From the IMG/VR virus record IMGVR_UViG_3300037067_026718, positions 32,001 to 96,000 of that record: 64,000 bases of DNA; one strand, 5' to 3'. Both the position numbers and the translations under genes were made by a program. This DNA is from a virus. Its lineage: Duplodnaviria > Caudoviricetes. Under the pieces are notes generated by a model that had not been told where the DNA came from, made no database searches, and worked only from the letters and a program-made list of their open reading frames with translations. Of this stretch, positions 60,751-64,000 are shown piece by piece (position 1 is the first letter of the stretch; every line of letters begins with the position of its first letter).

Positions 60751-62537
60751 TCGATACCGCCTACACCAGGAAGACTGGCTTGCATTTCAAGCATGAGTAT
60801 ACCACACAGTAGATGTCCGCTGGAACCATACGAATCATCGGATTCAAAAGAAATGTATATCTCTACTGTTTCTCCGGGAGTAACAATGACTTCCAAACCA
60901 GTTTTCTCAAATGAGGCGGTGTAGGCAGGATTTGTTGGTGACGTGCTGAATGTTGGCATGTCAAAAACATCACCACCATGATCGTCCTTATCCCATTGCA
61001 TAAGACTGGTTACGACACCGCTTTGGTTCATCATCAGCTCCATTGACAATGGGCAAGGCGTTTGAGAAACACCGACGTTTCCCAGCCCCAGCATATGTAT
61101 CCTGGCTTCCGTAATCTTTCCAACCAGGCTGCCTGATGGGCTGTTCTTCGGGATCTTGATCGTGCCTATCTTTGCAATTGTAGGCTCGCCTTGGTCTAAA
61201 TGCATTGATTCCGTCATCAACGCATCGACAGGGATAACCAATGTCAGATGCTGAGAAGAAGAACTGCCTTCAACTCCGCCATCCGTACCCAAGACACTGA
61301 CGCCGTCCGACCACGGTGATAACGTATTGTTTTTGTACTTGTACTTGATGTAAAATACACTTGGATCCAATGGAGCGGCTTCCAGCACTACCGAACGGTA
61401 TCCGCCTTCGTAGACAATTTCTTCGTTGTTGCGCCACACCCTTTTGAAGCAGACGCTCTCCAGGCCGGCAGGCTCGTCGCCTATGGGCGTCCAGAGATAA
61501 GTACGGGGATTGATGCCGTAAACAGTCAGTACCGGTGTCGGAGGCTTGGGCAACACAGGAGATACATCGACGTATATGCCGCCAATGGTTTCCTTCCAAG
61601 GCCCGATGACCCTTGCCAGAGAAGAACTGAGGGCTCTTATGGCAACGTTGTACTTGGTCCCTCGGATAATGGGATGCTGGTAGGAAGCATAGTACTGCCC
61701 TGGCTGTCCCAGTACCATTGTATGAAAAGCCTTGTTGACATCGAGAGTCGCACCGGCATATGGCGTTATCTTGACATGATAGGCCCACACGACCATGTCT
61801 CTTTCGACCGTAGGCCAGATGATGTCGAGGAAGGAAGCGTTTCTCAATGGGTTTCTGGGATGGGACTCAAGGTTGAATGAACTCAGCAGGACTCCGCCGC
61901 CTTCTGCTTCAGGCTGCAGTGCGACCTGCAGATCGGACAAGTCTTGAACTGATACCGACACCGATTCTATGGTCATGTCGCTTTCGGTCAACGAAATGTC
62001 GCTGTTCAAGATCAGGCAGACATCGGTCCGATAGTCTTCTTCGATGGTGAATGCAGTCCCGTCAAATGAAACGCAGTACACCGGGATGGCATCGGGTCCC
62101 CGCTCGTATTTCTGGGCTACATCAACCCGAACCGACACTTCTTGCTCAGTGTATGAGTCGCTTTCGTCGGGATAGCCTGGCATGAAAGTGCCGGCCACGG
62201 AGTCAGTGACCACTTTTCTGATGATGACGTAGTGCAGACCTTGAGGAGGTACTGTGATGAGGTGGCTCAACGTTACAAGGGTTTCAGGGCACCAGAAATC
62301 GTAATCATCGAACACCACGACTCCCACGTCCGAGAGATCGAATTTCCATATACCGGCTCCAGGAACCTTGTTGATAATGGAGAGATCCAGCTTGGCCTCG
62401 GGATCGTAACGAGGGCCTGGGCGGGAGCACAGCATACGCATTCTGCGCTTGAGATTGGTCTCAAACGCTGCGCCTGCTCCTTCGAAGTCATCCTTGAGGC
62501 TGCCGACAAGCCCTGTCCGAACGATCCGTTTCTTCAT
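60747..62537 (-). CDS. tail/baseplate-like structural protein (paralogue A)
   Basis: Start MKKRIV two bases after the upstream stop; FN3-like GTKYNVAIRA...GPW and SPWS. Confidence 0.72.
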   Translation of the reverse strand: MKKRIVRTGLVGSLKDDFEGAGAAFETNLKRRMRMLCSRPGPRYDPEAKLDLSIINKVPGAGIWKFDLSDVGVVVFDDYDFWCPETLVTLSHLITVPPQGLHYVIIRKVVTDSVAGTFMPGYPDESDSYTEQEVSVRVDVAQKYERGPDAIPVYCVSFDGTAFTIEEDYRTDVCLILNSDISLTESDMTIESVSVSVQDLSDLQVALQPEAEGGGVLLSSFNLESHPRNPLRNASFLDIIWPTVERDMVVWAYHVKITPYAGATLDVNKAFHTMVLGQPGQYYASYQHPIIRGTKYNVAIRALSSSLARVIGPWKETIGGIYVDVSPVLPKPPTPVLTVYGINPRTYLWTPIGDEPAGLESVCFKRVWRNNEEIVYEGGYRSVVLEAAPLDPSVFYIKYKYKNNTLSPWSDGVSVLGTDGGVEGSSSSQHLTLVIPVDALMTESMHLDQGEPTIAKIGTIKIPKNSPSGSLVGKITEARIHMLGLGNVGVSQTPCPLSMELMMNQSGVVTSLMQWDKDDHGGDVFDMPTFSTSPTNPAYTASFEKTGLEVIVTPGETVEIYISFESDDSYGSSGHLLCGILMLEMQASLPGVGGIE

Positions 62538-62539
62538 CG

Positions 62540-63787
62540 TCAGTCCCTGTACATCCTGTTGGTGATCTGCTCGCTGAACGGAGAAGTGGCGCCGTAGGAG
62601 TTCTTGAAGCAGCAGCGATACAAGGTATCTTCGATCGGTGTTGAATTGACCCACACCGGATGCACGACGTCGGCATGGTCGACAGGATACTCGCCGTCAT
62701 CAACAGCGGTTGTGATGATCTCGACAGAGAGCTGGTTGAGTAAAATGTCCCCGGGAGTTACATCGCTGGCTTCAACGATCTTGATCCACCGACCAAGAGT
62801 AGGAATGGGGATGGTTTCGTCAAACAAGCCGGCGACATCCAGCTTAATGTAGCCGATGTTCTCCCAGTCTGCTCCCACCCCGGGCAGAGTTACAGAGTCC
62901 TCTCGGCTGACCAGGACTGCCAGAATGCCATCGGCATCGATCATCTCGCCGGTTACGTGAATGCTCCTGATCGCTCTGACGCCAGTGCTGGAATAGTCAG
63001 GGAAGTCGTCTTCTTCTCCTTCTATTGCTCCCGGTACCTGGCCGTTGGCCAAGTCGACCGCCACGTAGCTGCCGTTCCCCGCGGAAAGGACTACCGGTCC
63101 ATCGGTCTCGATGTTGGTGAGATCGCCGGCGAGGAATGTGAAATCGCCTTCCTCAGTGCCGAACCAGTCTTCCGTGGGCTCGGCAATGGCGCCGCCTTTC
63201 AAATCTATCTGCCAGGCTGCAGGCTGACCCCATGCTTCGAAGGAAACCGAGACTTCATGAGCGGTAGCCGGAGTGATGGGGCCCAGAACGATGAACGAGT
63301 CTCCGTTCTCGACCCAGCCTTTCTGCTCGCCTGAATCGGCACTACAGGCAATGGGTACTCCGGGATCCGGGCTGTAGAACGACAGGTAGTACCTGGTCTG
63401 GAGAGCTCCGGGGAAAGCGATCGAAGTCTCGAGCTCTACGGTGTAGAAGGTGTCGGAAACCCAGCCCACTCCGTCGTGAGGAGCAGCAAGCGTGCGCTCA
63501 GCGAAATAAACGATATCGTCTCCAGTCGTTACCTGGGAGAAAAAACCGACCTTTATGCTGGCCGCAGCGTCGGTTACCGTTCCCGTCCTGAATCTGACGT
63601 GACTGATGCGACCGCCGGATGAGCTGATGGGATAGGCCGTCATGAAGTAGGTTTTGTCCAGGTCTGTTTCTTCATCCCGCTCCCGGGCTCCGCAGCCGCA
63701 GAAACTGGCCGACCCTTTATTCCTGTAGACGTTGATCCTGTTGTAAGGTTCTGTGAGATCTCTGGTGACTTGAATGACTTCACCCAT
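62540..63787 (-). CDS. putative tail-associated structural protein
   Basis: 415 aa, acidic and beta-rich; C-terminal YRCCFKN...SPFS. Confidence 0.7.
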   Translation of the reverse strand: MGEVIQVTRDLTEPYNRINVYRNKGSASFCGCGARERDEETDLDKTYFMTAYPISSSGGRISHVRFRTGTVTDAAASIKVGFFSQVTTGDDIVYFAERTLAAPHDGVGWVSDTFYTVELETSIAFPGALQTRYYLSFYSPDPGVPIACSADSGEQKGWVENGDSFIVLGPITPATAHEVSVSFEAWGQPAAWQIDLKGGAIAEPTEDWFGTEEGDFTFLAGDLTNIETDGPVVLSAGNGSYVAVDLANGQVPGAIEGEEDDFPDYSSTGVRAIRSIHVTGEMIDADGILAVLVSREDSVTLPGVGADWENIGYIKLDVAGLFDETIPIPTLGRWIKIVEASDVTPGDILLNQLSVEIITTAVDDGEYPVDHADVVHPVWVNSTPIEDTLYRCCFKNSYGATSPFSEQITNRMYRD

Positions 63788-63798
63788 GGCTGGGCCCC

Positions 63799-63999
63799 CT
63801 ATTCATGAGATGTCTCTATTCTCAAGGCTGCAGGCGCCATGGGCGCCCGGTAAAAACTGGTTTGGATCCTCGTGCTCGGAATGATCGTCGGGACTCTGCT
63901 GAAGATTGTGGCAATTCGGGCTGCAGGCATCGGAGGGAACACAGACAGCCATGTCTCCAGGCTTATCTCGCCCATCGATGGCATTCTACCGTTGGAAGA
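63799..63999 (-). CDS. 3' end of a gene running off the window
   Basis: The frame stays open to the window edge. Confidence 0.5.
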   Translation of the reverse strand, partial: SSNGRMPSMGEISLETWLSVFPPMPAARIATIFSRVPTIIPSTRIQTSFYRAPMAPAALRIETSHE

Positions 64000-64000
64000 T

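Noticed and set aside
1-64000. Alternative genetic code (TGA or TAG reassignment)
   Set aside because: Long genes are intact in code 11, and TGA, TAG and TAA all end genes with tight overlaps; only one isolated in-frame TGA was found
1-64000. tRNA, rRNA or CRISPR array
   Set aside because: No cloverleaf with a T-loop in intergenic space and no regularly spaced repeats seen by eye; TTCGA hits lie inside CDSs. A tRNAscan run would be definitive
57383-64000. Diversity-generating retroelement or invertible tail-fibre cassette
   Set aside because: No reverse transcriptase, recombinase or TR/VR nucleotide repeat seen; the paralogues are similar only at protein level

Overview
This 64-kb window is part of a large tailed dsDNA bacteriophage genome (about 53% GC by eye). 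Every credible gene is on the minus strand, with frequent ATGA/TGATG start-stop overlaps and strong Shine-Dalgarno sites. In transcription order (64000 towards 1) it holds: (i) tail/baseplate-like structural genes, including three tandem paralogues; (ii) a head module with a putative portal carrying a zinc-ribbon insert, followed by a sigma-70 factor, an M15 endolysin and holin-like genes; (iii) a recombination/DNA-metabolism block (PolB-like degenerate protein, RlpA, DUF1232, ERF plus YqaJ, RadC-like JAB, VRR-NUC, DEDDh exonuclease) interleaved with small probable virion genes; (iv) a probable virion-protein locus made of a repetitive K-x-A-motif polyprotein, a permuted papain-like enzyme, a 2392-aa single-chain beta-beta' RNA polymerase and an HEXXH protein; (v) an AT-rich palindromic non-coding gap; and (vi) a 23-kb early-type region of about 55 small ORFs with a beta-clamp-like protein, a radical SAM enzyme, SbcC-like and BCS1-like ATPases, and a TM2/DUF4282/pilin-like membrane cluster. 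The most striking element is the RNA polymerase: it is bacterial-type, fused, carries a LAGLIDADG intein at the catalytic GDK motif, lacks both beta' zinc sites and has a degenerate rifampicin pocket. It co-occurs with a family of sigma-70-like promoters sharing a 16-bp spacer and with many terminator hairpins that leave no room for a downstream promoter. No tRNA, rRNA or CRISPR array was seen. All family assignments come from motifs recognised by eye, not from database searches.
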